Assembly (NCBI GenBank): GCA_964389675.1
Contig: CAYMEV010000017.1
Coordinates: forward strand, 62,001 to 82,279
Source of the DNA: an uncultured Candidatus Sumerlaeota bacterium
GTDB lineage: Bacteria > CAYMEV01
Direction of reading: 5' to 3'
DNA length: 20,279 bases
Positions 1-6,842 of this stretch are shown piece after piece; positions within the stretch are counted from its first letter, which is position 1; the number at the start of each line of letters is the position of its first letter. The notes under the pieces were generated by a model, which saw only the letters and a list, made by a program, of their open reading frames with translations, was not told the DNA's origin and did not search any database. The translations under genes were made by a program, and so were the position numbers.

Positions 1-1167
1 TCTGTCGAACCGGATATTCTATACTGCGGAGAAGAATTAACAATAAGGGGAAAAAGCTTTTCCTCCCAGATGGATGAGAATTCTGTATGCATAGGCGATA
101 AAGATGCCAGGATGGTTTCAGCATCCCATAAGGAAATCAGCGCTGTGCTGCCTGAGTTTGAGGACATTAAACCAGGAGAAGAGATGAATGCTGTTCTCTT
201 TGTAAAGAGCAATCTCCTGACATCAAACAGCATTGATATTAAGATCAGGAAAAGGCCTGTCATATATATCAGTCATGATTTCTTTCCTGAGAATATCAAA
301 GACCGCTATATCCTGATAAGAAACCAGTACATAGGTCTTTTCGCCCTGGACAGCAAAGGTAAGTTCAGCACAAGAGAGGATAGAACAGGCAGCATCTGCG
401 ATAATCTGAACAGCTTTTTCAGCCAGGAAAACAGGAATATAGACATAGGCTATATGAATGACAGCATTAATCTGATAACAGACAATATCATCGTATACAG
501 CATACGTATAAACAGTGAAGACATTCAGCTTTACAAGGAACTTAACCCTGATGCCATGCTTGACTCTGTAAAGCTTGCAAAATGGATTGCCGCTGTACTG
601 AAGGATTACATAAATGTCACAGTCCATAATAAGCCCCCAGAATATACGGTTTTATCTTCATACGGCGGGAGGGTCCTCGATTACATATATGATAACTTCA
701 ATAAAAGATCCGGTGATTTCAAGGGTATTACTGAAAATTACATAAGCTCTCTCAAACCTGATTACCTTAAATACCTCAAGGAAATTGGAATAAAGATCCC
801 TGAAAACTATTGCGATATATCAGGGAGTTATACTGGCAGGGCAGCTGATAATTTGATAAGCAGGCCCATCAGCACAGGCTATATCTCAATAGTACTTAAT
901 ATTCAGCCTGCAGGCAATAAAATCATTATATCCCACAAGATGTCCCTTGAAAAGACTGAAGATTCCGGTGTTTTTTCCCAGGAGGCCACAAGGAACATAG
1001 GGACATTCAGGATCCATGACCTTGATGTTTTTGAACCATATGTCTCTTTTTCAATAAACCTGGAAGGCTCTTCTGTAAGGTTTAACGGTACAATCATGGA
1101 TAATGGCATACAGGGCACTTTTGCAAGATCAAACAAGCAGACAGGAAAATTTGTTGTAAAAAAATAA
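1..1167 (+). CDS. IPT/TIG (Ig-like) domain-containing protein, 5'-truncated by the window edge
   Basis: The frame is open from base 1 (SVEPDILYCGEELTIRGKSFSSQ) into the 70..1167 ORF. The pattern 'P..l..GeelTIrG..F......nsV.iGd..a..vsas..eI.avlP' is typical of IPT/TIG repeats. The rest of the protein is unrecognised. Stop TAA at 1165-1167. Confidence 0.7.
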   Translation, partial: SVEPDILYCGEELTIRGKSFSSQMDENSVCIGDKDARMVSASHKEISAVLPEFEDIKPGEEMNAVLFVKSNLLTSNSIDIKIRKRPVIYISHDFFPENIKDRYILIRNQYIGLFALDSKGKFSTREDRTGSICDNLNSFFSQENRNIDIGYMNDSINLITDNIIVYSIRINSEDIQLYKELNPDAMLDSVKLAKWIAAVLKDYINVTVHNKPPEYTVLSSYGGRVLDYIYDNFNKRSGDFKGITENYISSLKPDYLKYLKEIGIKIPENYCDISGSYTGRAADNLISRPISTGYISIVLNIQPAGNKIIISHKMSLEKTEDSGVFSQEATRNIGTFRIHDLDVFEPYVSFSINLEGSSVRFNGTIMDNGIQGTFARSNKQTGKFVVKK

Positions 1168-1361
1168 TTGACAAATATTTCTATTTGATAAGAATAGAAA
1201 ATATAAAAAAGGGAAGACGGTGCAAATCCGTCACGGCCCCGCCGCTGTAAGCGAGGACGAAAGCTGCATAAAGCCACTGGGTCAAGCCCGGGAAGGCGCA
1301 GTAATTAGGATGATCCGCAAGTCAGAATACCTTCTGTCAAATACTTCTTCGAGGGAGGAAG
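1168..1361 (+). ncRNA. Cobalamin (AdoCbl) riboswitch aptamer plus P13 kissing-loop hairpin
   Basis: Hallmark elements in order: AAAAGGGAA, P4 GACGG-TGCAAAT-CCGTC, P5 CGG-CCCCG-CCG, CTGTAA, B12-box GCCACTG...GGGAAGGC, AAGTCAGAATACCT. Candidate P1 is TTGACA(1168-1173)/TGTCAA(1335-1340). P13 is CTTCTT-CGAGGG-AGGAAG (1344-1361). It lies directly upstream of a BtuB-like receptor. The 5' boundary is uncertain. Confidence 0.95.
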
Positions 1362-1380
1362 CTGATAATGGATATCATAT

Positions 1381-1457
1381 CCCGACTTTCACCCTGGGAG
1401 GCCGGGTTTTTTTATTTTTAAAGACAATTAAAAAAACCTGGGAAGTCGGGTTTTTTT
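1381..1457 (+). terminator. Riboswitch-controlled intrinsic terminator with alternative 3' arms
   Basis: The 5' arm CCCGACTTTC (1381-1390) can pair with GGAGGCCGGG (1397-1406, followed by T7) or GGAAGTCGGG (1441-1450, followed by T7). Confidence 0.7.
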
Positions 1458-1520
1458 ATTAAAGACAATTAAAAAAACCTGGGAGGCCATGTTTTTTTGT
1501 TTTAGATAAAAATTAATAAA
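1393..1520 (+). repeat. Three imperfect tandem copies of a ~41-44 bp unit in the btuB leader
   Basis: Units start at 1393, 1437 and 1478 with consensus CCTGGGA(G/A)G(C/T)CGGG-T7-ATT..AAAGACAATT-A7. The third copy is degenerate and runs into the SD (AAGGAG 1519-1524). Confidence 0.9.
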
Positions 1521-1532
1521 GGAGTTTTTCCA

Positions 1533-3416
1533 ATGAGAAGAGTCTTAATAATCATTCTCGGGGTGATTACAGCGGTATCTTTTATTCAGGCTGAAACTGT
1601 CTATTATGATGAGGTAATAATTACATCCTCGCACATCTCAGTTCCTCTTGATAATATTTCTCCATCAGCCATAGTAATAACCAGGGAAGATATAGAAAAG
1701 AGCTGTGTAAAGGACCTGTCCAGCCTGCTCAATCTTTATTCAGGCCTTTATCTTGTAAGGAACGGCATGGATGGCCAGGCTTCATCCATGTTTATAAGAG
1801 GTGCAAGGCCGTCACACACAGCGGTCCTCTACAATGGCGTGCTTATCAATGATCCTTCTACAGTTGACGGCAGTTTTGACTTCAACAATATATCGATAGG
1901 TGAGATAGAAAGGATTGAGATAATTAAGGATTCACAGGGATCTGTCCATGGCACAAATGCAATGGGCGGAGTTATAAACATTATTTCCAGGGAATCTTCC
2001 AGCCCTGACCCGCTGCATCTTTCAATAAATGCCGGTATCACTTCCGCAGAAGGCCACTATGAGAATATTTATGCAGGCTTTTCGCAGGGTCTTTTCTCTA
2101 TAGACCTCAATATTGGAAATGAATACCAGAATGAACTTTATGCATCCGATCCAGATCTCCTCTATAATAATGACAATGACCCGTATAGAAAAACATATGG
2201 GAGCCTTAAAGCAACCCTTGACTATGGCAGGTTGACCTTCAGCTCTCTCTACAGGCACAGCTATGCAAAATCTAACATTGACCTTTTCGGGGGTGATTAC
2301 GGGGATGACCCTAACTATATGTCAGGCAACAGATACCGCAGCTTCATCAACAATTTAATCCTTGACCTTGATATTCTTAAGCTGAACCTTTATTTAAGCC
2401 GGACTGATACCGAAAGGTCCTATCAGAACAAACCGGATGAATTAAGCACTGATATTATAGATTCTCTATATGACGGACAGCTTGATCAGTATAAGATTAC
2501 AGCAAATTTGTATAATAAGCTGGTGCTGGGTTATGAACAGAATACAAGCAGCATGTCCTATGATTACTACAGTGAAGATGGCTACGGGCCATATCATGAT
2601 TCAATGAGCAAAGAAGAACAGACCTCAGACTCTTTTTTCATTGAATTGAACCATTCAACTGATTCTTTCGGCATAATAGCCGGGCTACGCCATGACAGCT
2701 TTCCTTCAGACAAAAGCCTAACATACAGGATAACGCCATTTTATAAAATTTCAAGTACAGGCACGACCATATATGCCAATATAAGCACCGGATTCAAGGT
2801 CCCCTCCCTGTATGAGCTTTATTCCCCATATGGCAATGCAGGCCTTGAGAGTGAAAGATCATTATCCTATGAATTCTCCCTGTCTCAGGAATTTCCAGAA
2901 AAACAGCTGAATTTCAGCTTATGCTATTTTCATAACCGCTATGAGGAACTCATTGATTTTGACAGCCTCAACTGGCAGTACTATAATATAGGCAAGGCTG
3001 AAACCAGGGGCTTTGAGCTGTCGGCAGATCATAAGATCAGCCAGTATCTCAATCTGAAGCTCTTATCGACATTGCTTTATGCTGAGAACCTTGAGACAGG
3101 AGAAACACTCCTAAGGAGGCCTAAGTACAAGCATTCATTCATCCTGGACACACTTCTCCCCTATGAAATAAACCTCTGGTCAGAGATTTCATACGTATCA
3201 GGCAGGGATGATAATACTTACGACGAGGATTATAATACTGTAAGAATTACACTTGATGAATACTTCATTTTGAACATAGGGATCTCAAGGCAGTTTGCTG
3301 ACGGCCTGGTGGCATATATCCGTATTGATAATCTGCTTGATGAAGATTATGAATTTATAAAGGGTTATGCAAAAGCTGAAAGGCTGTTCTACATTGGCCT
3401 TAGATATTCAATTTAG
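1533..3416 (+). CDS. btuB: TonB-dependent vitamin B12/corrinoid outer-membrane receptor (BtuB-like)
   Basis: Signal peptide, TonB-box-like DEVIITS, and plug motifs (MFIRG, VLYNGV, IERIEIIK, HGTNAMGGVINII). Barrel motifs GFKVPSLYELY, LLRRPK and IDNLLDEDY. 627 aa. Substrate inferred from the upstream cobalamin riboswitch. SD AAGGAG. Confidence 0.85.
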   Translation: MRRVLIIILGVITAVSFIQAETVYYDEVIITSSHISVPLDNISPSAIVITREDIEKSCVKDLSSLLNLYSGLYLVRNGMDGQASSMFIRGARPSHTAVLYNGVLINDPSTVDGSFDFNNISIGEIERIEIIKDSQGSVHGTNAMGGVINIISRESSSPDPLHLSINAGITSAEGHYENIYAGFSQGLFSIDLNIGNEYQNELYASDPDLLYNNDNDPYRKTYGSLKATLDYGRLTFSSLYRHSYAKSNIDLFGGDYGDDPNYMSGNRYRSFINNLILDLDILKLNLYLSRTDTERSYQNKPDELSTDIIDSLYDGQLDQYKITANLYNKLVLGYEQNTSSMSYDYYSEDGYGPYHDSMSKEEQTSDSFFIELNHSTDSFGIIAGLRHDSFPSDKSLTYRITPFYKISSTGTTIYANISTGFKVPSLYELYSPYGNAGLESERSLSYEFSLSQEFPEKQLNFSLCYFHNRYEELIDFDSLNWQYYNIGKAETRGFELSADHKISQYLNLKLLSTLLYAENLETGETLLRRPKYKHSFILDTLLPYEINLWSEISYVSGRDDNTYDEDYNTVRITLDEYFILNIGISRQFADGLVAYIRIDNLLDEDYEFIKGYAKAERLFYIGLRYSI

Positions 3417-3442
3417 GAGACCGCAGATCGTCCTTCTAATGT

Positions 3443-3478
3443 AAAAAATATATGGTGTTCCTGAATCAGGAACACCAT
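3443..3478. terminator. Hairpin between convergent btuB and tyrS (T-rich tail on the minus strand; possibly bidirectional)
   Basis: Perfect 13-bp inverted repeat ATGGTGTTCCTGA (3452-3464) / TCAGGAACACCAT (3466-3478). The minus strand continues ATATTTTTT. Confidence 0.8.
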
Positions 3479-3507
3479 TATAACCTTGAAATTACAATAA
3501 TATCTAT

Positions 3508-4776
3508 TTACTTTACAGCAAACTTATAGTACTTCTTCTTGCCTTTCCTTATCATCATTGTATTTTCCTTAAAATCATCCAGACTGACCTGTTCAGAAAT
3601 GTTTTCAACCCTGCTGCTGTTTATATAAAGCCCGCCCTGGCTGATAAGCCTTCTTGCATCGCTTTTTGACGATGCTATCTCATATCTTGTCAAAAAATCA
3701 GTAATATTAATGCCCTGCTTGAGTTCTGCAGGATCTACCAGCACCGCATCAAGCCCTTCAGAATCATCGATAATTATATTCTTTATTGATGATGAGGTCA
3801 TTATCTTATTCTCCCTGTCATACTGGCCGAAGATCTTTGTTGATTCTATATAAGCTTCCCTGGCCTTTTCAAAACCATGCACGAGCATTGTAACTTCAAA
3901 TGCAAGTATCTCCTTTCCCCTGTTTATCAGAGAAGAATCCGCTGCTGACAGTTCCCTGACCTCATCTTCAGGAAGATGAGTATAAAGAAGCAGGAATCTT
4001 TCCAGGTCCCGGTCCTCAACATTTCTGAAAAACTGATATAGCTCATAGGGTGAGGTCTTATCCTCCGTAAGCCATACAGCACCTTTTTCTGATTTCCCGA
4101 ATTTTTCACCTGAGGATTTAAGTATAAGTGGAAATGTCACACCATAGGATTTTTTATTCAGTTTCCTTCTTATAAGGTCGATACCTGCAATAATATTTCC
4201 CCACTGGTCCTGGCCACCCATCTGAAGGTCGCAGCCATATTCCCTTGCCAGGTAGTAGAAGTCATAGGCCTGAAGTATCATATAATTAAACTCAAGCAAA
4301 GAAAGCCCGCTCTCCAGCCTCAGCTTAACGCTTTCTGAGGCAAGCATCTTATTTACGCTGATATCCTTGCCGAAATCTCTCAAAAATTTTATATAATTTA
4401 TATCCTTTAGCCAGTCGGCATTGTTCACAATTACAGCCTTTTCAATGTCAAGGAACTTTTCCAGAACAGACTTTATCCCTGAAAGGTTATTGTCTATATC
4501 CTCAAGGTTAAGAAGCTTTCGCATCTCGGTCTTTCCGCTTGGATCACCGACAAGCCCAGTTCCTCCGCCTATTACAGCAATCGCTGTATGGCCCTTTTTC
4601 TGAAGACGCATCATATTCAGTATCGGGATCAGGTTTCCAATATGCAGAGAATCAGCTGAGGGATCAAACCCAATATAGAAGGTCATTTTTTCATTGTCAA
4701 GCTTTGAGAAGATCTCCTCGTCAGTATACTGATAGATGAGTCCCCTTGATGTGAGTTCCTGTTTTATACCAGTCAT
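3508..4776 (-). CDS. tyrS: Tyrosine--tRNA ligase
   Basis: YIGFDPSADSLHIGN (HIGH motif), GDPSGK, YMILQAYDF, QMGGQDQWGNI, KFGKS (KMSKS motif) and a C-terminal S4 domain (SKSDARRLISQGG...RKGKKKY). The start overlaps the gltX stop (ATGA 4776-4773). Confidence 0.98.
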   Translation of the reverse strand: MTGIKQELTSRGLIYQYTDEEIFSKLDNEKMTFYIGFDPSADSLHIGNLIPILNMMRLQKKGHTAIAVIGGGTGLVGDPSGKTEMRKLLNLEDIDNNLSGIKSVLEKFLDIEKAVIVNNADWLKDINYIKFLRDFGKDISVNKMLASESVKLRLESGLSLLEFNYMILQAYDFYYLAREYGCDLQMGGQDQWGNIIAGIDLIRRKLNKKSYGVTFPLILKSSGEKFGKSEKGAVWLTEDKTSPYELYQFFRNVEDRDLERFLLLYTHLPEDEVRELSAADSSLINRGKEILAFEVTMLVHGFEKAREAYIESTKIFGQYDRENKIMTSSSIKNIIIDDSEGLDAVLVDPAELKQGINITDFLTRYEIASSKSDARRLISQGGLYINSSRVENISEQVSLDDFKENTMMIRKGKKKYYKFAVK

Positions 4777-6167
4777 GCTATTTCCTCCTTTATTGAATTT
4801 ATGGCATCCTGAAGCCTTTTTAATGTCCTTTCCCTGCCGATCAGGCTGATAATCTCAAAAAGGCCCGGGCTCTGGTTTGTGCCTGTAATTGCCACCCTCA
4901 CAGCCTGGGCAAGCTGTACCATCTTTATGCCGTATTTTGATATAATGCTCTTAAATGCAGATTCCATTTCAGACTCTTCTGCAATGGCATCAGGGGATTT
5001 ATCATATATCAGCAAAAGCTCTTCCAGAGCCGGCTTGACCTTTATATTCAGATATTTAGCGGACTGTACAATATCAGTCTCAAAACTGTCACTGTAGATA
5101 TAAACAGATTTTTCCATTATATCTGTAAGCCTTTTTGCCCTGCTCTTAAAAAGATCAATAATATCCAGCTGAAGCTGTACCGGCTGCCTTAAAAATTCAT
5201 GATCAGCGCATATTTCATTTATATGGTTCAAGATCCCCTCAGATGGCATGTTTTTCATGTGCTGGTTATTTACCCATTCAAGCTTTTCTATATCAAAAAC
5301 AGCAGGCGAATTGTTGATACCCTTAAGGTCAAAGAGCTTTATCAGCTCTGGAAGAGAGAAGATCTCCTGGTCGCCGTGGCTCCATCCAAGCCTTACAAGG
5401 TAATTAAGCAGTGCTTCCGGAAGTATCCCCATCTTTTTGTATTCTTCAGTGGATGTTGCTCCATAACGCTTGGACAGCCTTTTGCCGTCACCTCCCAGGA
5501 TCATGGGAAGATGGGCATATTCAGGTACATCAAAACCAAGCGCCTTATACAACAGGATCTGCTTCGGTGTATTGGTGATATGGTCATCCCCCCTTATGAC
5601 GTGGCTTATATTCATAAGTGCATCATCAATAACAACTGCAAAATTGTAGGTGGGCATCCCATTGCTTCTGAGTATGACAAAATCCTCAAACTGGCTGTTT
5701 GAAAAATCTATATCCTTCCTTACCATATCTGTAAAGCTGGTACTTCCTTCAGGAACCAGAAACCTTATGGCAAAGTCGCCTTCTTTTTCCTGTCTGTCAA
5801 GGCAGTATCTGTCATACTGGAATATCTTCTTCTGCCTTTTCCTTAGCTCTATCTCTTCCGGAGTACAGAAGCATTTATATGCCCTTTTCTGTTCCAGCAG
5901 GCTGATAGCATATTTTCTGTATATATCCAGCCTGTCCGACTGATAATACGGGCCTTCATCTATATTAAGCTCAAGCCACTTAAAGCCGTCCAGTATTATA
6001 TCAGTAAACCTGCTTTTTGATCTGTCCAGATCAGTATCCTCAATTCTAAGTATAAAAACGCCTTTTTTATTTTTTGCAAACAGCCAGTTATAAAGCGCTG
6101 TTCTTACTCCCCCTATATGAAGGTACCCGGTTGGGGAAGGGGCAAATCTGACTCTGACTTCTGACAT
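4773..6167 (-). CDS. gltX: Glutamate--tRNA ligase
   Basis: VRVRFAPSPTGYLHIGG, LRIEDTD, CFC...YDRYC zinc-knuckle region, HVIRGDDH, RLSKR and a C-terminal anticodon-binding domain (SPGLFE). Start placed at 6167 (MSEVRVRF), with AAAGGA just upstream; the ORF track starts at 6182. Confidence 0.98.
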   Translation of the reverse strand: MSEVRVRFAPSPTGYLHIGGVRTALYNWLFAKNKKGVFILRIEDTDLDRSKSRFTDIILDGFKWLELNIDEGPYYQSDRLDIYRKYAISLLEQKRAYKCFCTPEEIELRKRQKKIFQYDRYCLDRQEKEGDFAIRFLVPEGSTSFTDMVRKDIDFSNSQFEDFVILRSNGMPTYNFAVVIDDALMNISHVIRGDDHITNTPKQILLYKALGFDVPEYAHLPMILGGDGKRLSKRYGATSTEEYKKMGILPEALLNYLVRLGWSHGDQEIFSLPELIKLFDLKGINNSPAVFDIEKLEWVNNQHMKNMPSEGILNHINEICADHEFLRQPVQLQLDIIDLFKSRAKRLTDIMEKSVYIYSDSFETDIVQSAKYLNIKVKPALEELLLIYDKSPDAIAEESEMESAFKSIISKYGIKMVQLAQAVRVAITGTNQSPGLFEIISLIGRERTLKRLQDAINSIKEEIA

Positions 6168-6222
6168 GTCATATCCTTTCATATTTTTGTGGATATTTGA
6201 TTTATTTTATATAAAATAAGAA

Positions 6223-6306
6223 TGCCGAAGGTGGGAATTGAACCCACACGACCCGGGGGTCACAGATTTTTGAGACCTGCGTGTCTACCATTTCCACCAC
6301 TTCGGC
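6223..6306 (-). tRNA. tRNA-Leu (anticodon CAA); CCA end not encoded
   Basis: The reverse complement folds as acceptor GCCGAAG/CTTCGGC + A73, D-arm GTG-GAAATGGTAGA-CAC, anticodon arm CAGGT-CTCAAAA-ATCTG, a long variable arm, and T-arm GTGGG-TTCAATT-CCCAC. Confidence 0.96.
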
Positions 6307-6316
6307 ATCGGAAGCA

Positions 6317-6345
6317 ATTAGAATATATGTATTGCTTTTTGTCAA
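6317..6345 (-). promoter_or_regulatory. Putative sigma70 promoter for tRNA-Leu-gltX-tyrS
   Basis: Minus strand TTGACA (6345-6340), 17 nt, TCTAAT (6322-6317), about 10 nt before the tRNA 5' end. The -10 lacks the conserved second-position A. Confidence 0.5.
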
Positions 6346-6366
6346 TATTTTTTAGGGAGAGCTCTT

Positions 6367-6672
6367 ATGGATTTCATTGATTTTTTTAATGATATTGCCG
6401 CAAGGTTTCGGACTTATTTCTCTGATACCCTGAGAGACCTGAAAATTGCCTTTGAAATAGAAAAACAAAGGTATCAGCTCAGGCTTTACACAAAAAGGAG
6501 GGATAATATCCTGCTTAATATCGGCAGGTCGATGTACGACAATTACCGAATTTCAGGAGATGGGGCATGCGATTTTTCGGAGCTTTTCACATTATCTGAA
6601 ATACTTGACAGCTTTATAGAAGAAAAGCGTTTTATGATAAAGTCCCTTACAGATAGAAGCAGTAATAACTAA
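6367..6672 (+). CDS. Hypothetical protein, 101 aa, predicted helical/coiled-coil
   Basis: The ORF fills the gap between the two tRNA genes and has GGGAGA upstream. No family recognised. Confidence 0.65.
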   Translation: MDFIDFFNDIAARFRTYFSDTLRDLKIAFEIEKQRYQLRLYTKRRDNILLNIGRSMYDNYRISGDGACDFSELFTLSEILDSFIEEKRFMIKSLTDRSSNN

Positions 6673-6676
6673 AATA

Positions 6677-6705
6677 TTGACAATCTGCCTTTTTGCTGTT
6701 ATTAA
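6677..6705 (+). promoter_or_regulatory. Putative sigma70 promoter for tRNA-Ala
   Basis: TTGACA (6677-6682), 17 nt, TATTAA (6700-6705), with an extended -10 TG at 6697-6698. It ends 10 nt before the tRNA. Confidence 0.7.
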
Positions 6706-6715
6706 GGTCTTTACT

Positions 6716-6788
6716 GGGGTTGTAGCGCAGTTGGGAGCGCGTGTGAATGGCATTCACAAGGTCGCGGGTTCGATCCCCGCCAGCTCCA
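6716..6788 (+). tRNA. tRNA-Ala (anticodon GGC); CCA end not encoded
   Basis: Acceptor GGGGTTG/CAGCTCC with the G3:U70 alanine identity pair. Anticodon arm TGTGA-ATGGCAT-TCACA, with the A32-U38 typical of tRNA-Ala GGC. T-arm GCGGG-TTCGATC-CCCGC. Discriminator A. Confidence 0.97.
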
Positions 6789-6789
6789 T

Positions 6790-6822
6790 AAAAAAAGGCT
6801 CCCTTCCGGGAGCCTTTTTTTT
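6790..6822. terminator. Bidirectional intrinsic terminator (tRNA-Ala / TBDR-1)
   Basis: A7-GGCTCCC-TTCC-GGGAGCC-T8 between convergent genes. Confidence 0.92.
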
Positions 6823-6842
6823 ATCCTAATATATCTATTATA

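Noticed and set aside
1220..1462. 80-aa ORF in the btuB leader (possible leader peptide)
   Set aside because: It runs through the conserved riboswitch core from a GTG inside the P4 stem-loop. The RNA structure fully explains the sequence, and no protein-like motif is visible.
1393..1520. Tandem repeats as a mini CRISPR array
   Set aside because: The units abut with no unique spacers, consist largely of T7/A7 runs, and there are no cas genes in the window.
223..5943. Antisense or alternate-frame ORFs within the IPT gene, btuB, tyrS and gltX
   Set aside because: They lie almost entirely within well-supported genes and have no recognisable domains. The same applies to those inside nrdJ, the HEAT gene and the PolY gene.
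6168..6222. T-box riboswitch upstream of gltX/tyrS
   Set aside because: Only ~55 nt separate tRNA-Leu from gltX, tyrS overlaps gltX, and no T-box consensus (AGGGTGGNACCGCG) is present.
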